From Verrucomicrobiales bacterium (GTDB lineage Bacteria; Verrucomicrobiota; Verrucomicrobiia; Verrucomicrobiales; V1-33), in assembly GCA_031411295.1 (NCBI GenBank), contig JANOAV010000083.1, forward strand, positions 32,001 through 96,000: DNA of 64,000 nucleotides. The letters are read 5' to 3'. Below the pieces are notes generated by a model that saw nothing but the letters and a program-made list of their open reading frames with translations, did no database searches and was not told the origin of the DNA. Both the position numbers and the translations under genes were made by a program. Shown in pieces: positions 17,894-25,978 of this stretch. Positions within the stretch are counted from its first letter, which is position 1. The number at the start of each line of letters is the position of its first letter.

Positions 17894-18094
17894 TCATTTC
17901 GCGCGGGCTCGCAGCACCAACCAGATCCCGAGGGACACCCCCACCGCAGCCATGGCCACTAGAGCGTAGTTTTGGGTGCGCTGGGTGAAGGCTTGGACAT
18001 CTACTTTTAATGCCGCCGCTTCTTGCAGTAAATGGAAACGTTGACGCTCGCACTCTGCGATGAGGGCCTCCTTCCTGGAGCTTGGTGCCATCAT
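17894..18094 (-). CDS. YqjK-like small membrane protein
   Basis: RKEALIAECERQR plus C-terminal TM; ATGA overlap with upstream gene; yqjD-E-K-like order. Confidence 0.6.
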   Translation of the reverse strand: MMAPSSRKEALIAECERQRFHLLQEAAALKVDVQAFTQRTQNYALVAMAAVGVSLGIWLVLRARAK

Positions 18095-18480
18095 GAGATG
18101 AAGGAGGTCAGGGCCGCCCGATCTTTGCCAAATTGGCTGCGGGTGGCGTTGAACGCTGGGATATTCTGCGCTGCAGCGGACAGGCGTTTCCAGAGGAAGA
18201 ATCCACTCATCAGGTAAATCACAGTTAGGGTAATCAATGCCGCAATGGGAGCCACTTCCCAGAACAGCACCACCACGAGTGCGGTTAGCGTCATGCAGGC
18301 CAGCAAACCACAGAGGATAATTCCGCAAGCCAGAAAAACTAACTGCAGGAAACACTTACGCGCTTCCTGCAGTTCCAGCATTATCAGCTCAATCCGATTG
18401 GCTCCGATGGGCAGCAGCCTCCGGGCCAATTGCTTGGTCGTGGATACGAGCTGTTTCATGCTGACGGGGGAGGTGTCCAT
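18091..18480 (-). CDS. YqjE-like (phage holin 3_6 family) membrane protein
   Basis: NRIELIMLELQE, 2 TMs, FNATRSQFGKDR. Confidence 0.8.
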   Translation of the reverse strand: MDTSPVSMKQLVSTTKQLARRLLPIGANRIELIMLELQEARKCFLQLVFLACGIILCGLLACMTLTALVVVLFWEVAPIAALITLTVIYLMSGFFLWKRLSAAAQNIPAFNATRSQFGKDRAALTSFIS

Positions 18481-18490
18481 CTTTAGTCCG

Positions 18491-18835
18491 TTAGTCACGA
18501 CGATAGGTGCACAGGCGGGTCGCCACGACAATCAGTGCCCCGACGCCGATGGCGATGCCGAGGACCTGGTAGGGATGGGCGCGGGCGCTGTCACAAGCGG
18601 ACTTGGCACTGCGCAGGGCGCTGTCACGCGCATGGCTGGCCATGTCCTTGCCGCTTTCCAAGGCGCTGGACAGGCTTTTGCGGGCCTCGGCAACTTTGTC
18701 TCCCGCAACATCGGCGGTGGCGGAAAGGAGCTCGCGAGCATGGTCCGCGAGTGATTTGAGATCGTTACCGATGGCTTGAGTGGATAGGTTCATGGTGTTA
18801 GGTGGGGTTGGAGTTGGAGTTGGGTTTTGGTTCAT
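18491..18835 (-). CDS. DUF883 / ElaB-YqjD family protein
   Basis: DLKSLADHARELLSATAD...AHPYQVLGIAIGVGALI; start 18835 or 18793. Confidence 0.85.
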   Translation of the reverse strand: MNQNPTPTPTPPNTMNLSTQAIGNDLKSLADHARELLSATADVAGDKVAEARKSLSSALESGKDMASHARDSALRSAKSACDSARAHPYQVLGIAIGVGALIVVATRLCTYRRD

Positions 18836-18863
18836 GGTGAAATTGGGTTTTGGTAAGCAGGTG

Positions 18864-19379
18864 TTAAACCGTGACATAGCCGTAAGCATCAAGCGCTGAT
18901 GCAACGGGCGGACGGGTGGCGGTGTAAACATTGCGCGCCTGGGCCGCACTGATGATTTCTTCACCCCGTGCGGCCTCGTTGGCTGCGTAGGGATGAATGG
19001 CTAAGAAAATTTGCCCCGCTTTGATTTTGTGGGCAAATTCGCTGGCCTCAGGGGACGGCAAGCCCAAGGTGATCAATCCGTCGGTAATGGTGTCGGGGCC
19101 GGACGTGTGCACCGTTTTGTGCATGGCCTCCTTGATGGGGCCTCCGGCAATGAATTGACCTACTCCGGGAATCGGCAGCGCACCCACCTCAGCAATCCAG
19201 CCGAGCGGCCCCCCGAGCAAGTTGTTGGAGTTGGCAGCCTTGGCTCTGCGCCGGTTGGTTTGATCTTGAAAGAGCACCGAAATGTCGTTCTTGAAAAAAT
19301 AACAGTCCCGCAGTTGCTGCACCATTTGATTCGCAGAATCATGGGAGGGAGCGATGCAAAAAACAGTATGTGGTGACAT
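18864..19379 (-). CDS. General stress membrane-associated protein, divergent paralog of 61987-62586
   Basis: VFCIA...DISVLF...IPGVGQFIAGGPI...LGLP. Confidence 0.7.
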   Translation of the reverse strand: MSPHTVFCIAPSHDSANQMVQQLRDCYFFKNDISVLFQDQTNRRRAKAANSNNLLGGPLGWIAEVGALPIPGVGQFIAGGPIKEAMHKTVHTSGPDTITDGLITLGLPSPEASEFAHKIKAGQIFLAIHPYAANEAARGEEIISAAQARNVYTATRPPVASALDAYGYVTV

Positions 19380-19545
19380 GGAGTGAGGATGTAAAAGGTG
19401 AATCTAATGGGCTGGGAAGCCCAGTGCCGTGGCAGGTGTGCAGGGGGGGAAATGCGCCTGCCACGGCCAAGCCTAGGTCGGACATGAGGCTTGCTTTTGG
19501 GGGAAGTTCGGGAGGGCGGATCGTTGCGGATTCACCCTTGTGAAC

Positions 19546-20064
19546 TCATTTAGGAGCCAAGGCCTCGGCCTTTTCCAAGTGGGCTTTGAGGACGGGAATC
19601 ATCGTGCCGACCCATTTCTTGAGATCTGCATCCTTGGTAGATTTTTCGGTGTCTTCGAAATTGCTAATGCACTTCTTATGACCGCTGACGATTTCGGCCA
19701 GGAAAGCCTTATCGAAGTCATCACCGCCCCGCTGTTCCAGCTTCTGGATGGTCTCCGCATGGCCTGGGTCCAGCACGGCGGATAGTTCCACTCCCTTGGT
19801 TTTCGCCAGGGCTGCGAGTTGTGCATTGGCACCAGTATGATCAGTCACCAACATTTCTGCAAAAGTTTTGATGTCGGTGTTCTTGGCTTTCTTGACGCCT
19901 AGGTCGGCAATCTTAACCACGGCCATGCCGGCGGCGGCTTCATGTTTGACGAATTTCACATCACTGGCTGGCAGGGTATCCTTGTCGGAAGCTGTAGCGG
20001 TGGAACAAAGGGCGATCATCGCACACGACAGCGTGGCCAGAAAAGTTAAACGGGATAATTTCAT
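19546..20064 (-). CDS. DUF4142 exported protein
   Basis: Signal peptide; FAEMLVTDH, FDKAFL, LKAHLEKA. Confidence 0.9.
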   Translation of the reverse strand: MKLSRLTFLATLSCAMIALCSTATASDKDTLPASDVKFVKHEAAAGMAVVKIADLGVKKAKNTDIKTFAEMLVTDHTGANAQLAALAKTKGVELSAVLDPGHAETIQKLEQRGGDDFDKAFLAEIVSGHKKCISNFEDTEKSTKDADLKKWVGTMIPVLKAHLEKAEALAPK

Positions 20065-20164
20065 GATTGTATGTTTTTTGGGTTTTTTGCTATTCAATAG
20101 GTTCACTAGCCGATGGCCATTGATCGAATAAGCCTCACGCTACAGCATCGGCGTGGGCTATTCC

Positions 20165-20181
20165 ATGGGGTGAAACCCTCT
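20165..20181 (-). promoter_or_regulatory. Regulon box AGAGGGTTTCACCCCAT, -10-like TAGCGT 22 bp downstream
   Basis: Recurrent motif upstream of DUF4142 operon. Confidence 0.75.
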
Positions 20182-20201
20182 CTTTACTTGGCTTTTGAAA
20201 G

Positions 20202-20218
20202 GTGGGGTTTTACCCCAT
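20202..20218 (+). promoter_or_regulatory. Regulon box GTGGGGTTTTACCCCAT, -10-like GATATT at 20241
   Basis: Near-perfect palindrome upstream of the two-component operon. Confidence 0.8.
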
Positions 20219-20280
20219 GGCGCATTCACTTGAGGCCTCTGATATTTCTTTCCATTGAATCCCCCATTTGAAATCAGCTC

Positions 20281-21003
20281 ATGAACTCAACCAAACTTGC
20301 TACTTGGTCAGGGGACTACCGCACCGCACTGCAACAGTTCCTGCAACAGTCCCAACCTCCCGTTCCAGCCCAGGCGCTGGAGCTGGGGAGCCGTGCGGCA
20401 GCGCTGGAGCTGGACACCCTGATCATGGCGAAACTCCACGACAATGCTTTGGCCTTTCTGCTGCCATCTGGAATGACCACAGAGCAACGGTTAAAATTGA
20501 CTGAGCTTGCTGCGGTGTTTTTCCGGGAGACGCTCAGCCCTGTCGAGCAAACCCATCCGGCCGCCAAGGAAAGGCAGGCCGATTTAAACGAACTCCATGA
20601 AATTTTGGAGCAGCGCACGGCGGATCTCGCGGAAGCAAACCGTGCCTTGAAGGAGCAAACTGCCGAACGCCTCGCAGCCACCGACACCTTGAATCAAAAA
20701 AACCGGGAATCCAGTCAGCTCTTAACTGACTCTCGACTGCTGGAGGAGCAACTCCAGACCATGGCCAGGCAAATTCTCTCGGCCAATGAGGCTGAGCGCA
20801 AAAACATGAGCTTGCGCCTCAACGATGAACTGGCCCAAACTTTACTGGGTATTAACATGCGCATGTTGGCTTTAAAGAAGACGGTTACCCTGAACCAAGA
20901 TAATCTGAACAAAGACATCGCTATTATTCAGCGCCTCGTCGAAGGTTCCGTAAAATTAATCAAGCAGCTCGCCCATGAATTTAGCGCCCCACCAGCCCGA
21001 TAA
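20281..21003 (+). CDS. RsbU-N-like domain plus degenerate HisKA_3 (pseudokinase: His->Asn, no ATPase domain)
   Basis: Paralog of the next gene; RKNMSLRLNDELAQTL versus RRRISRELHDVIAQTL; ends after the DHp domain. Confidence 0.75.
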   Translation: MNSTKLATWSGDYRTALQQFLQQSQPPVPAQALELGSRAAALELDTLIMAKLHDNALAFLLPSGMTTEQRLKLTELAAVFFRETLSPVEQTHPAAKERQADLNELHEILEQRTADLAEANRALKEQTAERLAATDTLNQKNRESSQLLTDSRLLEEQLQTMARQILSANEAERKNMSLRLNDELAQTLLGINMRMLALKKTVTLNQDNLNKDIAIIQRLVEGSVKLIKQLAHEFSAPPAR

Positions 21004-22177
21004 ACGCTCCAAACTCTCACTGTGTTACCAGGCGGCGTTGCAGGCTTATCTTGCCAGCGATCCTCAGGGCGACTTGGAAACTGCCAGGCATTTGGGACGG
21101 CAGGCGGTCGTGCTGGAGCTTGACACACTGGACTTGGCGAGAATTCACGAGATCGCTGTGCTAACCGTAGCCACGATCGCGGATGGAGCTCGGGGGACGG
21201 TCTTGGGCGCGGCCGCCCTGAGCAAATCGATCCTTGGACGGGCTGGGATCTTCTTCGCGGAGGCGCTGACGCCCATCGAGCAGACGCATCGAGGCGCCAG
21301 GGAAGCGAACCTCCATTTGAATCAAATCGTGAAGGCCCTGAGCCATCGGACGTTGGAACTAGCAGCTTCCAACGAGGAACTGCGGGTTGAAAATTTGCTG
21401 CGCAAGGAGATCGAGGATTCCCTCCGCGCCAGCGAGAAGGGAGCTGCCTCCTTACTAGCGCAATCGCTCACCATGCAGGAGGAACTTCGTCTGCTTTCGC
21501 GGCAACTGCTCTGCATTCAGGAAGAGGAACGTCGCAGAATCAGTCGGGAATTGCATGATGTTATTGCCCAGACGCTCACCGGAATCACGGTGCAACTCGC
21601 CACCCTCAAGACCAACTCCAATGCGAGCACCCAGGAGCTTCAGCAAAAGATTGCCCTAACCCAGCGCACAGTGGAGCAATCCGTCGATATCGTCCATCGC
21701 TTCGCTCGAGAATTAAGGCCCTCCGTGTTGGATGATCTGGGCCTCGTCCCCGCCTTGCAATCCTATTTGAAGACCTATTTGGAGGAAACCGGCATCCGGG
21801 TCAGCCTGGCCACGTTTGCTAAGATTGAGGAATGTGACAATGATCAGCGCACCGCGCTCTACCGCGTGGCTCAGGAGGCGCTCACGAACATTACGCGCCA
21901 TGCCAAAGCGACGACCGTTGCCATCAAGATCAGCCGGGATGAAACTTGTATTACCATGACCATTACCGATGATGGCAAGGGGTTTGCCCTCCAGGACAAC
22001 GGGTGCGCCAAGCCAAGCAACCGCCTCGGTTTACTTGGGATGAGGGAACGCATCGAAATGATCGGCGGCTCATTTTTCATTCAATCCACGTTGGAGGAGG
22101 GGACTACCGTCACGGTCGCCATCCCAACGGCTCCCTGCTCACACCCGCACCAATTACCTACCCAACCTAGCCTATGA
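20975..22177 (+). CDS. Cytoplasmic NarX-type (HisKA_3) histidine kinase with RsbU-N-like sensor domain
   Basis: EEERRRISRELHD, LYRVAQEALTNITRHA, DDGKGF, GLLGMRER. Confidence 0.9.
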   Translation: MNLAPHQPDKRSKLSLCYQAALQAYLASDPQGDLETARHLGRQAVVLELDTLDLARIHEIAVLTVATIADGARGTVLGAAALSKSILGRAGIFFAEALTPIEQTHRGAREANLHLNQIVKALSHRTLELAASNEELRVENLLRKEIEDSLRASEKGAASLLAQSLTMQEELRLLSRQLLCIQEEERRRISRELHDVIAQTLTGITVQLATLKTNSNASTQELQQKIALTQRTVEQSVDIVHRFARELRPSVLDDLGLVPALQSYLKTYLEETGIRVSLATFAKIEECDNDQRTALYRVAQEALTNITRHAKATTVAIKISRDETCITMTITDDGKGFALQDNGCAKPSNRLGLLGMRERIEMIGGSFFIQSTLEEGTTVTVAIPTAPCSHPHQLPTQPSL

Positions 22178-22587
22178 ACCCCATTACGATTGTCCTAGCA
22201 GAAGACCACCCGGACATCCGCAGTGGCTTGCAGGCCTTGTTGGAGGCGGAATCAGACTTCGCGCTCGTCGGCTCGGCGGAGAATGGCCGACAAGCGGTCG
22301 CCCTCGCCAGCAAACTGTGCCCTGATGTGGTGCTGATGGACATTGCCATGCCGTTACTGAACGGACTGGAAGCCGCCCGGCTCATTTTAGAGACGACTCC
22401 TTCCACCAAGATCCTCATGCTCTCTGCGCATGATGAGGATGCCTACATCGAGCATGCGCTGGCATTAGGGGCAGCCGGTTACGTCGTCAAAAAATCTGCG
22501 GCGGAACTCCTCCCCAACGCGATTCGCAACGTCCACCAAGGTGACGCCTTACCGAGACCCATCTCCACCACCATCAACCATGAGTGA
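22174..22587 (+). CDS. Stand-alone receiver domain protein (NarL-type REC)
   Basis: AEDH, VLMDIAMP, LSAH, GYVVK; no HTH. Confidence 0.85.
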   Translation: MNPITIVLAEDHPDIRSGLQALLEAESDFALVGSAENGRQAVALASKLCPDVVLMDIAMPLLNGLEAARLILETTPSTKILMLSAHDEDAYIEHALALGAAGYVVKKSAAELLPNAIRNVHQGDALPRPISTTINHE

Positions 22588-23260
22588 TATTACAATTCTA
22601 TTAGCCGAAGATCACCAAATCGTTCGGGAGGGGCTCCGGGCATTGCTCAATTTGGAATCGGATCTTCAAGTTGTGGGGGAGGCTGAGAACGGTCGGCAAG
22701 CAGTGGCGCTCGCCCGCCAACTCCGACCGGACGTCGTCGTCATGGACATTGCCATGCCACTGCTCAATGGATTGGAGGCTACGCGCCAGATCCTGCACGC
22801 CGCCCCTGCCACGAGGATTCTCATTCTGTCAGCCCATGGCGATGATGGCTATGTAGAGAAAGTCATGGCACTAGGCGCAGCGGGATATTTGATCAAGCAG
22901 ACGGCTGCCAGCGTGCTGCCTAATGCGATTCGTGAGGTGCACCGAGGGAAGCGCTTCTACAGCCCCAGCATTTCAAGTCGTCGCTTCCACCATCAACGCA
23001 AAGCCAAAGCGCAAGGGGATCTCCCCAAGGCTGGAGCAGGAGTGCTGACGGCTCGGGAAATGGAAGTGTTGCAACTAGTTGCTGAGGGCAAAGCGAATAA
23101 GGAAACGGCGGACGAACTCAAGATCAGTATTAAAACCGTTGAGAAGCACCGCCAGAAAGTAATGGAGAAACTCAATATCCACGACACTGCCAGCCTAACG
23201 CGCTACGCCATTGCCGCCGGGGTCATTGAAAGTAGCGTCCATATCACCATTCTCGAATAA
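22580..23260 (+). CDS. NarL/LuxR family DNA-binding response regulator
   Basis: REC plus LTAREMEVLQLVAEGKANKETADELKISIKTVEKHR. Confidence 0.95.
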   Translation: MSDITILLAEDHQIVREGLRALLNLESDLQVVGEAENGRQAVALARQLRPDVVVMDIAMPLLNGLEATRQILHAAPATRILILSAHGDDGYVEKVMALGAAGYLIKQTAASVLPNAIREVHRGKRFYSPSISSRRFHHQRKAKAQGDLPKAGAGVLTAREMEVLQLVAEGKANKETADELKISIKTVEKHRQKVMEKLNIHDTASLTRYAIAAGVIESSVHITILE

Positions 23261-23418
23261 AACCCGCATTCTACGCGCTCGCACGCATTCCTCCTCGCTT
23301 AGATTCTGGTCCGGGAGCATGGGGCAAAATCAATTTCAAATCGTTACCAACCCATTACTCCCTATCCATCATCAATAATCCCACTCCCGTTAGCCCAAGA
23401 GGTGATCCCTCCAAACCG

Positions 23419-25965
23419 TTGTCCCCCGACGCGCCTCCCTTCGGCGGCATGACCGAAATGCAGCGCAACGAAAATCTCCTGATCACCGGAGCCCTGCAAA
23501 AAGCCATCCTCAACAGCGCCAATTTCTCCAGCATCGCGACGGATGAGAAGGGGGTAATTCAACTCTTCAACGTGGGGGCGGAACGGATGCTGGGCTATGC
23601 CGCCTCTGAAGTGCTCAACAAGATCACTCCGGCTGAAATTTCAGACCCACAGGAAGTGATTGCGCGGGCTGAAGCCCTGAGTCTGGAATTGGGAACTAAG
23701 ATTGCGCCCGGCTTTGAAGCACTTGTATTTAAAGCTTCCCGTGGGATCGAGGACATCTATGAGCTAACCTACATTCGCAAAGATGGCAGTCGGTTCCCCG
23801 CCGTGGTTTCCGTGACCGCCTTGCGCGACTTCGCTGAGGCCATCATCGGATACCTCTTAATCGGAACCGACAACACGGCACGGAAGCAAGTAGAAGCCGA
23901 ACGGCAACATTTGCTGCACGTGCAGGCAGAGACAAATCGACAACTAACCGAAGCTAATGTGACCTTGCAGCTTAGCGAGGAAAAGCTCGCAGTCACCTTG
24001 AACTCCATTGGGGACGGAGTCATTGCCACCGATGCCGAGGCCCGCGTAACCTTACTGAATCCATTGGCCGAAGAACTCGCCGGCTGGACTCAGGCGCAGG
24101 CTAGGGGGCGTTTGGTCAGTGAAATCTTCCACGTCGTCAACAAGGAGACCCGTGAGTCCGCACTGATACCGGTGCTGGAAACCTTGGCTAAAGGCGTCAT
24201 TCAAGGCATGGCAAATCATACGGTGCTCATTTCCCGGCAGGGCAGTGAATGTGACATTGCCGACAGTTGTGCGCCCATTCGTGACCGTGATGGATTAGTC
24301 ATCGGAGCGGTGCTGGTCTTCCGGGATGTCACCGGAGATTATGCCGCCCAACAAGCCCTGCGGGACCAGCAGTTCTACACCCGCTCATTAATCGAATCCA
24401 ATATCGATGCCCTCATGACCACCGATCCCGAGGGGATCATCACGGATGTCAATAATCAAATGGAGACCCTGACTGGTTGTTCCCGCGAGGAATTGATTGG
24501 TGCCGCCTTTAAAAATTACTTCACAGATTCCGTCCGTGCAGAAGCCGGGATCAAGCTGGTTCTCAGTGAAGGCAAAGTGACGGATTACGAACTGACCGCT
24601 CGGGCCAAGGATGGTCAGGAAACGATTGTTTCCTACAATGCGACCAATTTCCATGATCGGGATGGGGTGCTCAAAGGCGTCTTTGCGGCGGCGCGAGACG
24701 TTACCGAGCGCAAGCGCTGGGATCGTGTGTTGCACGAGAACACCCTGGAACTTGAAGCCGCCAAAGCGGTCGCGGAGAAAGCAAATTTGGCGAAGTCAGA
24801 TTTCTTGTCCAGTATGAGTCATGAGTTACGCTCCCCGCTCAATGCCATTTTGGGCTTTGCTCAATTGATGGATTCCGACGAGCCGCCGCCCAGTGTCGCC
24901 CAGAAAAGCAGCATCGACCAGATTCTCCATGCGGGCTGGTATTTGCTGGAGTTGATCAATGAAATCCTGGATTTGGCAGTGGTGGAATCCGGCCGCCTGG
25001 CGCTTTCCTTGGAACCGGTTTCCCTGCCGGAGGTCATCCTCGAATGCCAAGCCATGATCGAACCGCAAGCGCGCAAGCGAGGCATCACCATGACCTTTCC
25101 CAAGTTTGCCAAGCCTTGTTACATCAAGGCCGATCACACGCGGGTGAAGCAAGTAATAATCAACCTCCTGTCGAATGCCATTAAGTATAATAACGCGGGC
25201 GGCTCCGTCACGCTAAGCTGCACGCCAAGCGACGAGAGCTTTATTCGTATCTGCGTCAAAGATACGGGAGTAGGGCTGTCCGCGCAGAATCTGGCGCAGT
25301 TATTTCAGCCCTTCAATCGATTAGGCCAGGAAGCTGGGGGCGAGGAAGGCACCGGCATCGGGCTAGTGGTGAGCAAGCGACTGGTGGAACTCATGCAGGG
25401 CCGCATTGGCGTGGAAAGCACCGTGAATGCCGGCAGCAACTTCTGGATTGACCTCGTGGCGGACAATGATCCTCACGCCGCCTACATCAAGGCCGCGCTG
25501 GCGCAACCCGTGGGGGCTCCGCCAACCACCGCCGTCCGCTCGCGACTCCTGCTCTACGTGGAAGATAATCCAGCCAATTTAAAGCTGATTGAACAACTCA
25601 TTGCGCGTCGCCCGGACATGCGTTTGCTCACCGCCCAGAACGGGCAGGATGGCATCAGCTTGGCCCGCGTCCATCTGCCGGAGGTAATCCTCATGGACAT
25701 TAATTTACCTGGTATCAATGGCATCGAAGCCATGAAGATCCTCCGGGCGGATCCGACCACCCAGCATATCCCCATTGTGGCTCTGAGCGCCAATGCCATG
25801 CCACAGGACATTGAGAAGGGGATTGCGGCGGGCTTCTTCCGTTATCTTACGAAGCCCATCAAAGTTCCGGAGTTCTTGGAAACACTCAGCATCGCGCTAG
25901 AAAACGCAGAACAGACGGCCCATGCGAAACAAGCGATCAACACCGACCGCGGCGTCAGCCAATAG
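23419..25965 (+). CDS. Cytoplasmic hybrid histidine kinase (3 PAS, HisKA, HATPase, REC)
   Basis: MSHELRSPLN, NLLSNAIKY, GTGIGL, ILMDINLP; start uncertain (23419/23449). Confidence 0.9.
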   Translation: MSPDAPPFGGMTEMQRNENLLITGALQKAILNSANFSSIATDEKGVIQLFNVGAERMLGYAASEVLNKITPAEISDPQEVIARAEALSLELGTKIAPGFEALVFKASRGIEDIYELTYIRKDGSRFPAVVSVTALRDFAEAIIGYLLIGTDNTARKQVEAERQHLLHVQAETNRQLTEANVTLQLSEEKLAVTLNSIGDGVIATDAEARVTLLNPLAEELAGWTQAQARGRLVSEIFHVVNKETRESALIPVLETLAKGVIQGMANHTVLISRQGSECDIADSCAPIRDRDGLVIGAVLVFRDVTGDYAAQQALRDQQFYTRSLIESNIDALMTTDPEGIITDVNNQMETLTGCSREELIGAAFKNYFTDSVRAEAGIKLVLSEGKVTDYELTARAKDGQETIVSYNATNFHDRDGVLKGVFAAARDVTERKRWDRVLHENTLELEAAKAVAEKANLAKSDFLSSMSHELRSPLNAILGFAQLMDSDEPPPSVAQKSSIDQILHAGWYLLELINEILDLAVVESGRLALSLEPVSLPEVILECQAMIEPQARKRGITMTFPKFAKPCYIKADHTRVKQVIINLLSNAIKYNNAGGSVTLSCTPSDESFIRICVKDTGVGLSAQNLAQLFQPFNRLGQEAGGEEGTGIGLVVSKRLVELMQGRIGVESTVNAGSNFWIDLVADNDPHAAYIKAALAQPVGAPPTTAVRSRLLLYVEDNPANLKLIEQLIARRPDMRLLTAQNGQDGISLARVHLPEVILMDINLPGINGIEAMKILRADPTTQHIPIVALSANAMPQDIEKGIAAGFFRYLTKPIKVPEFLETLSIALENAEQTAHAKQAINTDRGVSQ

Positions 25966-25978
25966 CAAGCCAAGACTT

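Noticed and set aside
18091..18480. Prophage lysis gene (holin family label)
   Set aside because: Sits in a yqjD-E-K-like stress operon; no phage genes nearby.
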